From: Barthelona sp. PCE
Lineage: Eukaryota
DNA length: 64,000 bases
Assembly: GCA_040285745.1 (NCBI GenBank)
Contig: JAUFOR010000006.1
Span: forward strand, 1 to 64,000
Direction: 5' to 3'
The notes under the pieces are model-generated. The model saw only the letters and a list, made by a program, of their open reading frames with translations, searched no databases and was not told the origin of the DNA. The translations under genes were made by a program, and so were the position numbers. Each line of letters begins with the position of its first letter. Position 1 is the stretch's first letter. Shown here piece after piece: positions 1-14,614 of this stretch.

Positions 1-758
1 TATATCTCCATGGAACTGCTTCCCAAAGCGATAGTACTTTGAAAAAGAGAAGAAAACTCTTCCCGGAACTTCCTACAATGTCACCAATTTCATTCGTGTT
101 ACCACCTACTACATAATACAGTACAGGAATATAAACCTGCTTCCCTTTCGATAGGAGTGCACAAAGCACTTTTGATACAGAGTTAACCTATCTCTTAGGA
201 CCGACTAACCTATGTCCAAATACAGTTGACATAGAACCCTTCTCCACTTCGGCCTTCCGAGGTTCGAAGATGAATACTTCCTTCCAAGATCTGCACTAGA
301 GACTGTTCCAGTCCGATTCACATCGTAACCTTCTTAACAAATCTCCACGCCCTCCTACACATTGGAACTTACATTGATTGTTCCAATGGTGGGTACTCAA
401 ATAATGCAACTGAGGCGCCATCCATTTTCAGGGCTAATTGATTCGGCTGGTGAGTTATAACACACTCCTTAGCGGATTCCAACTTCTATGGCCACCGTCC
501 AGCTGTCATAATCAAACAACACCTTTTATGGGATCTAATGAGCGTATATTTAGGCACCTCAACTCCACGTTCGGTTCATCCCGCATCGCCAGTTCTGCTT
601 ACCAAAAATGGCCCACTAAGAGTTCTGATTCTACATCCAAGTTCAAATTAAGTAACATGGACTGCTTGCCCGTTCAAAGTTTGAGAATAGGCTGAGGTCA
701 TTTCGTCCCCAGTACCTCTAATCAGTGGCTTTACCAGACAAAACTCATATGAACTCCT

Positions 759-798
<40 letters not shown>

Positions 799-1761
799 CG
801 ATTCGATTAGTCTTTCGCTTGTCCCCCAAGTTTTTGACGATCCGTTGTACGTCAGAACCGCTTCGGACCTCAGTTTCTGTAGGCTTCATCCTACTCAGGC
901 ATAGTTCACAGTCTTTCGGGTCCCAAACAACATGCTCCAACTCCATGGATTTGCCAAAGCGCCTCCCGGGTCGATTGTGCACCTTACAGGTTCCAACCTC
1001 AGTGGACTTGGTCCACTTTACTTTCATTTCGCGTATGGGTTTAACACCCAAAAACTGCATGTTATTGCCAGACTCCTTGGTCCGTGTTTCAAGACGGGTG
1101 AGTTAGCACCCATTACCATCATCTTGATTGAAGCAAATTACCATCTGCCTACTAATTAAACAGTAACTCAACACAAAGTGACGACTAAACTGAATAACTT
1201 CGCTAGCTTATTGCAACCTACAGACAATCTCGTTCCTCTGTCTCCGTTGAATATACTCGAGGTCTATAAAGATCCGAAGATCCACCTTTCCCCGTGAGCC
1301 AAACAACATGAAACAGATGATAGTGACTAGTATGGAAACCCATACAATCAGAGTACTAACACCTTCCCTTTCAACAATTTCAGGTACTTTTAACCCTCTC
1401 TTCAGAGTACTTTTCGTTCAGTAGTTTTTTATATCGGTCTTCCAGAAAACTGGAGGTGATGCTCACCACCCACTCAAGACTCCAATCCCAAAGAGCCCGA
1501 CTCTTAGAGCTAACGGGTATTTACTTATCAGCGACACAAACGGGACTATCACCCTCTATGGTATACCGTTCCAGGTAACTTAGTGTCGCATCCAAATAAT
1601 CCGAAAGTCTATATGCCACAACAGTTCCATACGGAACTTTTTTAGGCGTGAGCTTTTCCCTTTTCGCTCGCCGCTACTGGGGAATCGCAGTTGCTTTTTT
1701 TTCTTTTCCTGCGCTTAGTAATATGCTTAAATTCGCGCGTTCTCCTACTTGATTTGAGGTA
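1..1761 (-). rRNA. 28S (LSU) rRNA, 5' part (unit 1, truncated)
   Basis: Conserved LSU motifs seen on the + strand as reverse complements, e.g. TCCTGAGGGAAACTTCG, GGTCCGTGTTTCAAGACG; 5' end TACCTCAAATCAAGTAGG. Confidence 0.95.
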
Positions 1762-1888
1762 AAAATTAAACACTTAAAGTGGTCTTTGCACACATATGCT
1801 AAGATTCATTATGAAGGAGATATTTCATTAAAACATATTTCTATATTTAAAACAGTCCAACAACAATTTATTTGTTATAATAAATATT

Positions 1889-2033
1889 ACGCTCAAACAA
1901 GCATACCTCCGAAGAGGTGCAATTTGCGTTCAGAAATTTGATGATCAACAGGGTCTACCCAATTCATTACGTATCGCAGTTGTGCTGCGTCCTTTCATCG
2001 ATCTGGAAGCCAAGACATCCATTGTTGAAAGTT
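1889..2033 (-). rRNA. 5.8S rRNA (unit 1, error-rich copy)
   Basis: AACTTTCAACAATGGATGTCTTGG...GATCGATGAA...GAACGCAAATTGC...TTTGAGCGT on the minus strand. Confidence 0.9.
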
Positions 2034-2172
2034 ATCATGGTTAATTATCTTACATATGTAAGAGATATTTTAGGTTATATAGTATAAAAAGCAAACATCA
2101 AAGATGTTTTCTAATAATTACACAATTTGTTTGTATTTAAGAGTACAACGCAATGTTGTCTCTTGAATTTGC

Positions 2173-2313
2173 TATTGATCAACCGAAGGTTCACCTACGG
2201 TTACCTTTTTACGACTTTTCCTTCCTCTAGATGATAAGACACACTGAACTTTTCACCCGTACTAAGCATTGCTACTGTGCGTTGGCGCGATCCGAACATT
2301 TGGCATCATCCGG

Positions 2314-2357
<44 letters not shown>

Positions 2358-3929
2358 ATCAGCGTGCGCTAATGACACACACTTACTAGGAATTCCTTGT
2401 TCATGACCCATAATTGCAAAGGTCAATCCCAACATCACGATGTTACAAAAAAGATTAGCCAATTCCTTGCTTATTTCATGACATCCTTTAATTACAGGAC
2501 ATCTAAGAGCATCACAGACCTGTCTTTTACCCCAACCTCGGAGATAAAACTCTGGCAGTCCCTCTAAGAAGTTGGTCCATTTTGTAAAAAATGTCCAACT
2601 ATTTAGCAGGATGGGGTCTCGTTCGTTAACGGAATTAACCAGACAAATCACTCCACCAACTAAGAACGGCCATGCACTACCACTCATAGAATCAAGAAAC
2701 TGCTCCAAAGTGTCAATCATTACTATGTCCGGCCCTGTTGTTTGTAACGTTGAATCAGATTAAGCCACCAGGCTCCACTCCTAGTGGTGCCCTTCCACAT
2801 TCCTTTAAGTTTCAGCCTTATACCATCCCCCAGAACCCAAAACTTTGATTTTCTCGGGAGGTGCTGAAGGGTTTAATAAAACCTGTGCCTCAATCCCTAG
2901 TCGGCATAGTTTTATAGTTTATGGAACTACGACAGTGTCTAATCGTCTTCGATTCCCTAACTATCGTTCTTGATCACGAAAACATCCCACGAACGCCTTC
3001 GCTTCTGTTTGTCATTAGGAGATCAGAAAATTTCACCTCTCACTCCTAAGTACAGATGACCCCAAACTGTCCTATTAATCATTTACTCCTTCCTATGTAC
3101 CAACAAAAAGGTCAGAGTCTATTTCATTTATCCCATGCTATGTATTCAATTTGCGTATACCTGCTTTGAACCTCTATTTATTCAGGTAAAAAAACCATAT
3201 CTAACAGACGCCTAATGAATCTGATAGAAATGGTAGGAAGAACCAGTACAAAGAATGTAATCTAACGATAATCATCCATGCACCTGATTCACAAGTTCAA
3301 CTACGAGCTTTTTAACTGCAACAGTTTTAACATACGCTATTGGAGCTGGTATTACCGCGGCTGCTGGCACCAGACTTGCCCTCCAATTGCTTTCAAAAGG
3401 TCTATTTACACCTAAACCATTACATGCCGGGGACATAAGTGCTTACGCAATTTTGTTAATTTCTTTATCACCTTCTCCCTGAGGTCAGGGATTGGAAAAT
3501 TTTCGCGCCTGCTGCCCTTCCCGTGGGGTGGGGCCGTTTCTCAGGCTCCTCCGGAATCGAACCCTGATTCTCCCGTTACCCGTCAAGCACCTTACGTGAA
3601 GGCCTCTATCACCACGAATAAGTATGATAGCAGAGATTTAAATGATACGTCGCGTCAAGAGACAACGATCAAGCGAATATATTATGATTCACCTAAAGTC
3701 AGCTAATGATGGGTTGGTTTAATCTAATATATGCAATCCTTCGTGAGTTGGATTTTTTGTACATGTATACCTAGTTTACCACGGTTATCCCTAGTAGTAA
3801 GACTATCAAAAAGAAATTATCACTGATTTAATGGAGCCATTTCGCAGTTTCTCAGTATAAATGATCACCACTTAGACATGCAAAATAACTCGAGACAAGC
3901 ATATGATACTGGCAGGATCAGCCCAGGTA
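2173..3929 (-). rRNA. 18S (SSU) rRNA (unit 1, error-rich copy)
   Basis: Universal SSU motifs (GATCCTGCCAGT, GTGCCAGCAGCCGCGGTAA, TGTACACACCGCCCGTC) on the minus strand. Confidence 0.93.
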
Positions 3930-4878
3930 ACTTTTTTTAAAACATCGGCGAACCGGAGTTCTTAAAAAAGCAAGACTAAAGTCTTTTTTTTCTAATTGTA
4001 TAACCAGAAAAGTCTGTGTAAGACAATCTCTACTAAATCCTTTCAGATCTATCATAATTCTCTGCTTTATGCACGATTCATTTGTTACATATATTAAATA
4101 TGACATCAAATGATACTAACATAAAACATACAGCTGCTCTGACATGCGACTTCCCTTTACAGAGAAGATCACACCGATTACAGCACTCAAACATTCAACA
4201 ATGTTACCGTTAAAGGTACAAATACAGAACGTTTTTTTTCTTACTAATGTAAGAAATCCTTGTGTTCCGTTTAAAATCGGGTCTAAACCCATTTTTACTT
4301 GAACACAAGTTTATTTTATCATAAACATTATACTAACTTACAATGTAAGCTTTCAATGACTGAGTAGAGTGTGACCACTCTCCTCAACTATACTTTAAAT
4401 TACTTTTAGTACAGACATGAAAATCAAAAAATTTAACATTAGGGCCTCTAATAAAATGACTGAAAAAATATGCATATTTTTTTAGCTTGTCAACACATTG
4501 GATTTCTCACTCATTCTAAAAATTTCTAAAAAGTACTTGTTGTCACAACAAGGCGCGTTCACGCCTATGCTGTGACTTTATTCATCAGCTTAGACCCTCC
4601 AAGTGCACAAAAATGAAGTTAAAACGTATAAAAACGTAAAAAAAAACAACTCACAAAAACTACGGTTTTCAATATAGAACACTTAAAAAAAGTGTGATTG
4701 TTGACATTAATCAGACCTCAAACGATATTAAGTTCATTATAGGCAATATAATGATTGAAAAAAAAAGCAAAATTTTTCTACTTTTAAATAACCTTGCTCC
4801 TTTTATTCCTATAGACCTGAAAAACACGTTTTACAGACCGTTTCGTGCATTCTGATTGGTTCAAAATGCAAATAAAAA

Positions 4879-4992
4879 AGCACAGCACTTTGGGTTCCGT
4901 GGGCTCTCGCAACGCAGTTTTAACTAAGCCCTAACCTGCTTAACCTCAGTGTTCGGGATGAGGGCTGAGCATTTCCAGGTTGGTATATGAGC
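4879..4992 (-). rRNA. 5S rRNA (unit 1, error-rich copy)
   Basis: Homologous to the clean 5S copies in later units. Confidence 0.8.
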
Positions 4993-5934
4993 TGGAAATC
5001 TTAGAGTCGATTTTCAAACTCGGATCTACATACCAAAATGTTGTAAAAAAAAATCTCAAATTCGTGGCTTCACTAATAAATTCAATGGAGAAGGGCAGAA
5101 ATCGAGGTAAAGTAAAACCTCAATTATTTCCAAGAATTTGTATCACACCCTCAACATGTTTTTTATTAGCATATGTAAAAAAAAACTTGTTTTAGACCGT
5201 AGAACATCAGATAGCATCATTAAGACCATTAAAAAAGCTTAAAAAAAATGTTTGGCAAAAAAAGTCATTAGGAGGTTGTAAATTTACTTGGAGTTAGACA
5301 CTTGTGCAGGAGTTGCACGGGCTCCCCTCGAGTGCTGTGCTTGCACTGAGAATAGTGTTCTTGACCTTTTTTTTTTTAAATAAAGGGAGAAAATGATGTA
5401 AGTACTCACAGTAAGTACAAGAGGGAAGACCGCGTGTCTACTCCTCAGTGATTTTACTCCTAAAAAATTTATTCACAAGCGTTAAAAAAAAAAAAACACC
5501 TTTTATATTACAATGTAGTAAACCGTATTATGAATAATTTAGAGAGAGTGTGTAAGTGCAAAGCCAAAGAGATGTTATGTAGTAAGAATAATGCTTGTGA
5601 TATATGAGCGTACCGCTAAATACAATCATTCTTGATAGAAACCGTAGCTAATAAAATCATGTATTAGTATCAATAATACATACTAACTAACTAACAAAAG
5701 CAATAGCAAATATTCAAATTCAAGGCTAATGAAGAAAATTGTAGATACATCAGACGAAAAGTCTGCAGACTGCAGTTTGAAAAATTCAACTATAATTAGT
5801 AACAGTAAATATATAAAAGTCACAGATACTTTAGATTCTTTATGTATGTTGTTATGAATGTGAGAAACAAAGGTAAAAATACAAACACCTTTGATAGAAA
5901 CCGTATTAAGATTAAAGTGATATAATAAATAATT

Positions 5935-6343
5935 ATATCGAAACGTCTCAAAGAAGATGAGGCTCAGCGGATCGTGCCGAAGTGACACTCTCACATACTT
6001 ACACCACTCCTTGAGTAGGCCTACTCGTCTAGTAGGGTTTCAAACTAGTCATGCTCATTTATTATGCAAAGGTTACCGAACCAACATTTAGAAGATACGG
6101 TAAGTCTTATAATGTGCTCTCCGAATACATGAGTATTCTACACTGAGACTTCTAAGCAATATTGACTAGGAAGTAATCGTTTTTTAGATTAGATGCCAAC
6201 TTAGAGGCGTTCAGTTGTAATCTAACCTGCTTAGCTTCGCAGCAATGTCTGTTCAGACAACTGCAGATACCAAATGAAAGGTATAATAGTTCCTCTCGTA
6301 CTTTACTACACTACTATCACGATTAATAAATCAAAAGGATTAA

Positions 6344-6388
<45 letters not shown>

Positions 6389-6422
6389 TTAACGGGTGAA
6401 CAATCCGACACTTGGTGAATTC

Positions 6423-6466
<44 letters not shown>

Positions 6467-6920
6467 TACGTCGCTATGAACGCTTGGCAGCCACAAGCGC
6501 CAGTTATCCCTGTGGTAACTTTTCTGTCACACCTAAGCTTAAAGCATTTTAAAAACTAAAGTGATCAATAGGCCTTTGTTTCCAATGTATTTGACGTACT
6601 GAATCACATACTCAAGCGAGCTTTTACCCTTTTTTGTTCTAGAAAGTTTCTGTCCTCTAGGAGCTCACCTTAGGACAACTAAGCTACGGTCATCTTAGTT
6701 GTACCACCCCCCAAACTCCCAATCAGTTATATTTCTTAATTTGGGTTCAGCGCAAAGCTGTTAAATCTTAAAAATTTCCATATAGTTAGTAAAACGTCGA
6801 TGACAGTATCATGGTATCTTTCACCTTTGCCGGAGCTCCCATGTACCTACACTACTCGAGACATTTCACAAAAGCAGACTAGAGTCCAAAGCTCAACAGA
6901 GTCTTCTTGCCCCTTTGATA

Positions 6921-6954
<34 letters not shown>

Positions 6955-6984
6955 TGATCGTAGATAGGGACAGGACACAGGAAC

Positions 6985-7055
<71 letters not shown>

Positions 7056-9331
7056 CCCCGCCGTTTACGAGTGCTTCAGCATATCACTACACATTCACAA
7101 AAACATCGCACTGGGCAGAAATCACATTGCGTCAACGTCGTTTTACAACCATCGCAATGCTGTGTTTTTATTAAACAGTCGGGTTCCCCTTGTCCGTACC
7201 AGTTCCAAGTTAGCTGTTAATTGTGATGAAACGTTCCGTAGAACTACCAAAACCCTTTTAAATCGTAAATAAGACGTCCACTGAAAACCCGAAAGGTATC
7301 TATAGCTATCGAATTGTCAGATATGTCCAGATTAAGGCTTCGATCACTCAGCCCTTAGAGCCAATCCTTTTCCCGAAGTTACGGATCTAATTTGCCGACT
7401 TCCCTTACCTACATTCATCAATCAGACCAGAGGCTACTCACCTTGGGACCTGCATTTGGTTATGGGTACGGCTGTATTATAAAGATCATCCATTGGTTTT
7501 TCAAGGATCGTCGAAAGCGCACCGGACAGACGAATTGTCTGCTCGTGAGTACATTTATCCATATCTCCAGCTGAACTGCTTCCATGGAAATAGTACTTTG
7601 AAAAGAGAACAAAACTCTTCCCGGAACTTCCTACAATGTCATCAATTTCATTCGTGTTACCACCTACTACATAATACAGTACAGGAATATAAACCTGCTT
7701 CCCTTTCGATAGGAGTGCACAAAGCACTTTTGATACAGAGTTAACCTATCTCTTAGGACCGACTAACCTATGTCCAAATACAGTTGACATAGAACCCTTC
7801 TCCACTTCGGCCTTCGAGGTTCTCACTCGAATACTTACTACTTCCACCAAGATCTGAACTAGAGACTGTTCCAGTCCGATTCACATCGTAACCTTCTTAA
7901 CAAATCTCCACGCCCTCCTACACATTGGAACTTACATTGATTGTTCCAATGGTGGAGTATAGGTAATACGCTTGAGCGCCATCCATTTTCAGGGCTAATT
8001 GATTCGGCTGGTGAGTTATAACACACTCCTTAGCGGATTCCAACTTCTATGGCCACCGTCCAGCTGTCATAATCAAACAACACCTTTTATGGGATCTAAT
8101 GAGCGTATATTTAGGCACCTCAACTCCACGTTCGGTTCATCCCGCATCGCCAGTTCTGCTTACCAAAAATGGCCCACTAAGAGTTCTGATTCTACATCCA
8201 AGTTCAAATTAAGTAACATGGACTGCTTGCCCGTTCAAAGTTTGAGAATAGGCTGAGGTCATTTCGTCCCCAGTACCTCTAATCAGTGGCTTTACCAGAC
8301 AAAACTCATATGAACTCCTGCTATCTGAGGGAAACTTCGGAAGACCCAGCTACTAGACATTCTGATTAGTCTTTTCGCCCCTATACCCAAGTTTGACGAT
8401 CGATTTGTACGTCAGAACCGCTTCGGACCCTCCACTCTGAGTTTCCCAGGCTTCATCCCTACTCAGGGCATAGTTCAATCTTTCAGGTCCCAAAACAACA
8501 TGCTCCAACTCCATGGTTTGCCACCTCCCAGGTCGATTGTGCACCCACAAGTTTCAACCTCCAGTGGACTTGGTCCACCTTTACTTTCATTTCATGTATG
8601 GGTTTAACACCCAAACACTCGCATATTGTTACTTAGACTCTTGGTCCGTGTTTCAAGACGGGTGAGTTAGCACCCATTACCATCATCTTGAGGTTAAATT
8701 ACCATCTGCCTACTAATTAAACAGTAACTCAGCACAAAGTGACATTAAACTGAATAACTTAAACTGAATTAGTTGCAACCTACAGACAATCTCGTTCCTC
8801 TGTCTCCGTTGAATATACTCGAGGGTCTATAAAAGATCCGAAGATCCACCTTTCCCCCGTGGAGCCAAACAACATGAAACAGATGATAGTGACTAGTATG
8901 TGGAAACCCATACAATCAGTACTAACACCTTCCCTTTTCCACAATTTAGATTACTTTTAACCCTCTCTTCAGAGTACTTTTCATCGTTCGTTCACACTAC
9001 TTATTTGCTATCGGTCTTCCAGAAATATTTAGCTTTAGGTGATGCTTACCACCCACTTAAGACTCCAATCCCAAAGAGCCCGACTCTTAGAGCTAACGGG
9101 TATTTACTTATCAGCGACAAACGGGACTATCATAGTGACATACCGTTCCAGGTAATTAGTGTCGCATCCAAATAATCGAAAGTCTATATGCCACAACAGT
9201 TCCATACGGAACTTTTAGGCGTGAGCTTTTCCCTTTTCGCTCGCCGCTACTAGGGGAATCGCAGTTGCTTTCTTTTCCTGCGCTTAGTAATATGCTTAAA
9301 TTCAGCGCGTTCTCCTACTTGATTTGAGGTA
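5935..9331 (-). rRNA. 28S (LSU) rRNA (unit 2)
   Basis: Full LSU motif set including peptidyl-transferase-region and sarcin-ricin loop (AGTACGAGAGGAAC) sequences; 3' end approximate. Confidence 0.95.
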
Positions 9332-9463
9332 AAATATTAAAGACTTAACCCAAAGTGGTCTTTTGAACATATGCTAAGATTCACTATGAAGGGAGATATT
9401 TCATTAAAACATATTTCTATGTTAAAACAGTCCAACAACAGAATTGTTGTTATAATAAATATT

Positions 9464-9607
9464 ACGCTCAAACAAGCATACCTCCGAAGAGGTGCAATTT
9501 GCGTTCAGAAAATTTGATGATCAACAGGGTCTGCAATTCACATTACGTATCGCAGTTCGCTGCGTCCTTCATCGATCTGGAAACCAAGACATCCATTGTT
9601 GAAAGTT
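9464..9607 (-). rRNA. 5.8S rRNA (unit 2)
   Basis: Conserved 5.8S motifs GATCGATGAAGGACGCAGC, GTGAATTGCAG. Confidence 0.95.
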
Positions 9608-9746
9608 ATCATGGTTAATTATCTTACATATGTAAGAGATATTTTAGGTTATATAGTATAAAAAGCAAACATCAAAGATGTTTTCTAATAATTACACAAT
9701 TTGTTTGTATTTAAGAGTACAACGCAATGTTGTCTCTTGAATTTGC

Positions 9747-9889
9747 TATTGATCCAACCGAAGGTTCACCTACGGTTACCTTGTTACGACTTTTCCTTCC
9801 TCTAGATGATAAGACACACTGAACTTTTCACCCAACTAAGTATTGCTACTGTGCGTTGGCGCGATCCGAACATTTTGGCACATCATCCG

Positions 9890-9933
<44 letters not shown>

Positions 9934-10386
9934 ATCAGCGTGCGCTAATGACACACACTTACTAAGAATTCCCTTGTTCGACCCATTAATTGCAAAGGTC
10001 AATCCCAACATCATGATGTCTTTAAAAGATTAGCCAGGCCTCTCGACCAAGCTTTGACGACATCAGTGTAGCACGCGTGCGGCCCAGGACATCTAAGAGC
10101 ATCACAGACCTGTTATTGCCCCAACCTTCCTCCAGATAAAACTCTGGCAGTCCCTCTAAGAAGTTGGTCCATTTTGTAAAAAATGTCCAACTATTTAGCA
10201 GGATGGGGTCTCGTTCGTTAATTTGGAATTAACCAGACAAATCACTCCACCAACTAAGAATGGCCAGGGGCCTTTTCACCACTCATAGAATCAAGAAACT
10301 GCTCTCAAAGTGTCAATCATTACTATGTCCGGCCCTGGTAAGTTGTTCCGTGTTGAATCAGATTAAAGCCGCAGGCTCCACTCCTA

Positions 10387-10417
<31 letters not shown>

Positions 10418-11536
10418 TACCATATTCTCCCCAGAACCCAAAGGCTTTTTGATTTCTCGTAAGGTGCTGAAGGAATTTACAATAAACCTAGCCTCCAATC
10501 CCTAGTCAGTAGTTTTATGGTTTGGAACTTACGACGGTGTCTAATCGTCTTCGATTCCCCAACTATCGTTTGATCAATGAAAAACATCCTTGTCGGAACG
10601 CCTCGCTTCTGTTTATCATTAGGAGATCAGAAAATTTCACCTCTCACTCCTAAGTACAGACGACCCCCAAACTGTCCCTATTAATCATTTCTCTTCATTC
10701 CTATCTTCCCAAAAAAGGTCAGAGTCCTATTTCATTTATCCCATGCTAGTGTATTCAATTTGTGTATACCTGCTTTGAACACTCTAATTTATTCAAATTA
10801 AAAAACCATATCAACAGACGCCTAAGGAATCTGAGAAGAAATGGTAGGAAGAACCAGTACAATAAAAAGATGTAATCTAACGATAATCATCCATGCACTG
10901 ATTCACAAGTTCAACTACGAGCTTTTTTAACTGCAGCAGTTTTAACATACGCTATTGGAGTTGGTATTATTTTAGCTGCTGGCACCAGACTTGCCCTCCA
11001 ATTGCTTTCAAAAGGTCTATTTACACCTAAACCATTACATGCCGGGACACATAGCGCCTACGGTTTGTTATTTCTTGTCACCTTCTCCTGAGTCAGGATT
11101 GGAAAATTTTCGCGCCTGCTGCCTTCCGTGGAAGTGGGAGCCATTTCTCAGGCTCCCTCTCCGGAATCGAACCCTGATTCTCCGTTGCCCGTCAACACTT
11201 TTCGACAGGCCTCTATCCTGCGAATAAGTATGATAGGGCAGAGATTTAAATGATACGTCGCGTCAAACAACGATCAGCAATATATTATGATTCACTAAGT
11301 CAGCTAATGAAGCTGGGTTGGTTTAGATCTAATATATGCAATCCTTCGTGAGTTGGTTTTTTTGTACATGTATTAGCCCCTAGTTTACCACGGTTATCCT
11401 AGTAGTAAGACTATCAAAGAAATTATCACTGATTTAATGAGCCATTCGCAGTTTTCAGTATAAATGATCATACTTAGACATGCATGGCTAAATCCTTGAG
11501 ACAAAGCATATGATACTGGCAGGATCAACCCAGGTA
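9747..11536 (-). rRNA. 18S (SSU) rRNA (unit 2, error-rich copy)
   Basis: Universal SSU motifs on the minus strand. Confidence 0.94.
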
Positions 11537-12484
11537 ACTTTTTTTTTAAAACATCGGCGGAACCGAGTTCTTAAAACAAGACTAAAGTCTTTTTCCCCTA
11601 ATGTATAGACAGAAAGTCTGTAAAGACAATCTACTAAATCTTTCAGATCTATCATAATTCTCTGCTTTATGCACGATTCATTTGTTACATATATTAAATA
11701 TGACATCAAATGATACTAACATAAAACATACAGCTGCTCTGACATGCGACTTCCCTTTACAGAAGATCCACACCGATTACAGCACTCAAACATTCAACAA
11801 TGTTACCGTTAAAGGGTACAAATACAGAACGTTTTTTTTCTTACTAATGTAAAGAAATCTTTGTATTCCGTTTAAAATCAGGTCTAAACCCATTTTACTT
11901 GAACACAAGTTTATTTTATCATAAACATTATACTAACTTACAATAAAGCTTTCTGAATGACTGAGTAGAGTGTTACCACTCTCCTCAGCTATACTTTAAA
12001 ATTACTTTTTAGTACAGGACATGAAAATCAAAAAATTTAACATTAGGGCCTCTAATAAAATGACTGAAAAAATATGCATATTTTTTTTGGCTTACATCAA
12101 CACATTGGTTCTCACTCATTCTAAAAATTTCTAAAAAACTTACATTTGTCACAACAAGGCGCGTTCACGCCTATGCTGTGACTTTTATTCATCAACCAGA
12201 CCCTCAGGTGCACAAAATGAAGTTAAAAGGCATAAAAAACGTAAAAAAAACAACTCACAAAAAACTACGGTTTTCAATACGGAACACTTAAAAAGTGTTG
12301 ATTGACGACATTAATCGGACCTCAAACGATATTAAGTTCATTATAGGCAATATAATGATTGAAAAAAAAAAAGCAAAATTTTTCTACTTTTTCTAAATAA
12401 CCTTGCTCCTTATTCCTATAGACCTGAAAACACGTTTACAGACCGTTTTCGTGCATTCTGACAGTTCAAAAAAATGCAAATAAA

Positions 12485-12602
12485 AGCTTACAGCACTTGG
12501 GATTCCCGCGGGCTCTCGCAACGCAGTACTAACAAGCCCTAACCTGCTTAACCTCAGTGTTCAGGATGAGAACTGGCGTTTCCAGGTTGGTATGGCCGAA
12601 GC
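12485..12602 (-). rRNA. 5S rRNA (unit 2)
   Basis: GCTTCGGCCATACC...GTTAAGC...TAGTACT...GGGAATCCCAAGTGCTGTAAGCT followed by oligo-T. Confidence 0.9.
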
Positions 12603-13486
12603 TGGAAATCTTAGTCGATTTTCAAAACTCGGATCTACATACCAAAAATGTTGTAAAAAAAAATCTCAAATTCGTGGCTTTCACTAATAAATTCAATGGA
12701 AGGGGGAAATCCTGAGGACAAAAAAAAACCTCAATTATTTCCAAGAAATTTGTCACACCCTCAACATGTTTTTATTAGCATGTAAAAAAACTATTGTTTT
12801 TAGACCGTAGAACATCAGATAGCATCATTAAGACCATTAAAATAGCAAAAATGTTGCTTAAAAGTCGTAGGAGGTTGTAAATTTACTTCGGAGTTAGACA
12901 CTTGTACGGGAGTTTAAGACTGAGAATTCTAGACCCTTTTTTTTTTTAAATAAAGGGAGAAAAAAAATCACAGAGTACAGAGGGAAGAGGGAAACTCCTC
13001 AGTGATTTACTCCCAGAAAAGCGTGTTAAAAAAAAAAAAAAAAAAACACCTTTTATATTACCGTAGTAAACCGTATTATGAATAATTTAGAGAGTGTGTA
13101 AGTGCAAAGCCAAAGAGATGTTATGTAGTAAGAGTAATGCTTTGTGATATATGAGCGTACCGCTAAATACAATCATTCTTGATAGAAACCGTAGCTAATA
13201 AAATCATGTATTAGTATCAATAATACATACTAACTAACTAACAAAAGCAATAGCAAATATTCAAAGTCAAGGCTAATGAAGAAAATTGTAGATACATCAG
13301 ACGAAAAGTCTGCAGACTGCAGTTTGAAAAATTCAACTATAATTAGTAACAGTAAATACATAAAAGTCACAGATACTTTTAGATTCTTTTATGTATGTTG
13401 TTTATGAATGTGAGAAACAAAGGTAAAAAAATACAAACACCTTTGATAGAAACCGTATTAAGATTAAAGTGATATAATAAATAATT

Positions 13487-13903
13487 ATATCGAAACGTCT
13501 CAAAGAAGATGAGGCTCAGCGGATCGTGCCGAAGTGACACTCTCACATACTTACACCACTCCTTGAGTAGGCCTACTCGTCTAGTAGGGTTTCAAACTAG
13601 TCATGCTCATTTATTATGCAAAGGTTACCGAACCAACATTTAGAAGATACGGTAAGTCTTATATAATGTGCTCTCCGAATACATGAGTATTCTACACTGA
13701 GACTTCTACAAGCAATATTGACTAGGAAGTAATCGTTTTTTTTAGATTAGATGCCAACTTAGAGGCGTTCAGTTGTAATCTAACCTGCTTAGCTTCGCAG
13801 CAATGTCTGTTCAGACAACTGCAGATACCAAATGCAAGGTATAATAGTTCCTCTCGTACTTTTTACTACACTACTATCACGATTAATAAATCAAAAGGAT
13901 TAA

Positions 13904-13948
<45 letters not shown>

Positions 13949-14052
13949 TTAACGGGTGAACAATCCGACACTTGGTGAATTCTGCTTCACAATGATAGGG
14001 AAGAGCCGACATCGAAGGATCAAAAAAGCTACGTCGCTATGAACGCTTGGCA

Positions 14053-14087
<35 letters not shown>

Positions 14088-14482
14088 TCACACCTAGCTT
14101 AAAGCATTTAAAAAACTAAGTGATCGATAGGCCTTTGTTTCCAAATGTATTTGACGTACTGAATCACATACTCAAGCGAGCTTTTACCCTTTGTTCTAGA
14201 AGAGATTTCTGTCCTCTAGGAGCTCACCTTAGGACAACTAAGCTACGGTGTCTTAGTTGTACCGCCCCAGCCAAACTCCCAATCTGATTATGTTCTTAAT
14301 TTGGGTTCAGCGCAAAGCTGTTAAATCTTAAAAAAATTTCCATATAATTAAGTTAGTAAAACGTCGACGAGTATCATGGTCTTTCACCTTTGCCGGAGCT
14401 CCCATGTACCTACACTACTCGGAGACATTTCACAAAAGCAGACTAGAGTCAAGCTCAACAGGGTCTTCTTGCCCCTTTGATA

Positions 14483-14515
<33 letters not shown>

Positions 14516-14541
14516 TGATCGTAGATAGGGACAGTGGGAAC

Positions 14542-14614
<73 letters not shown>

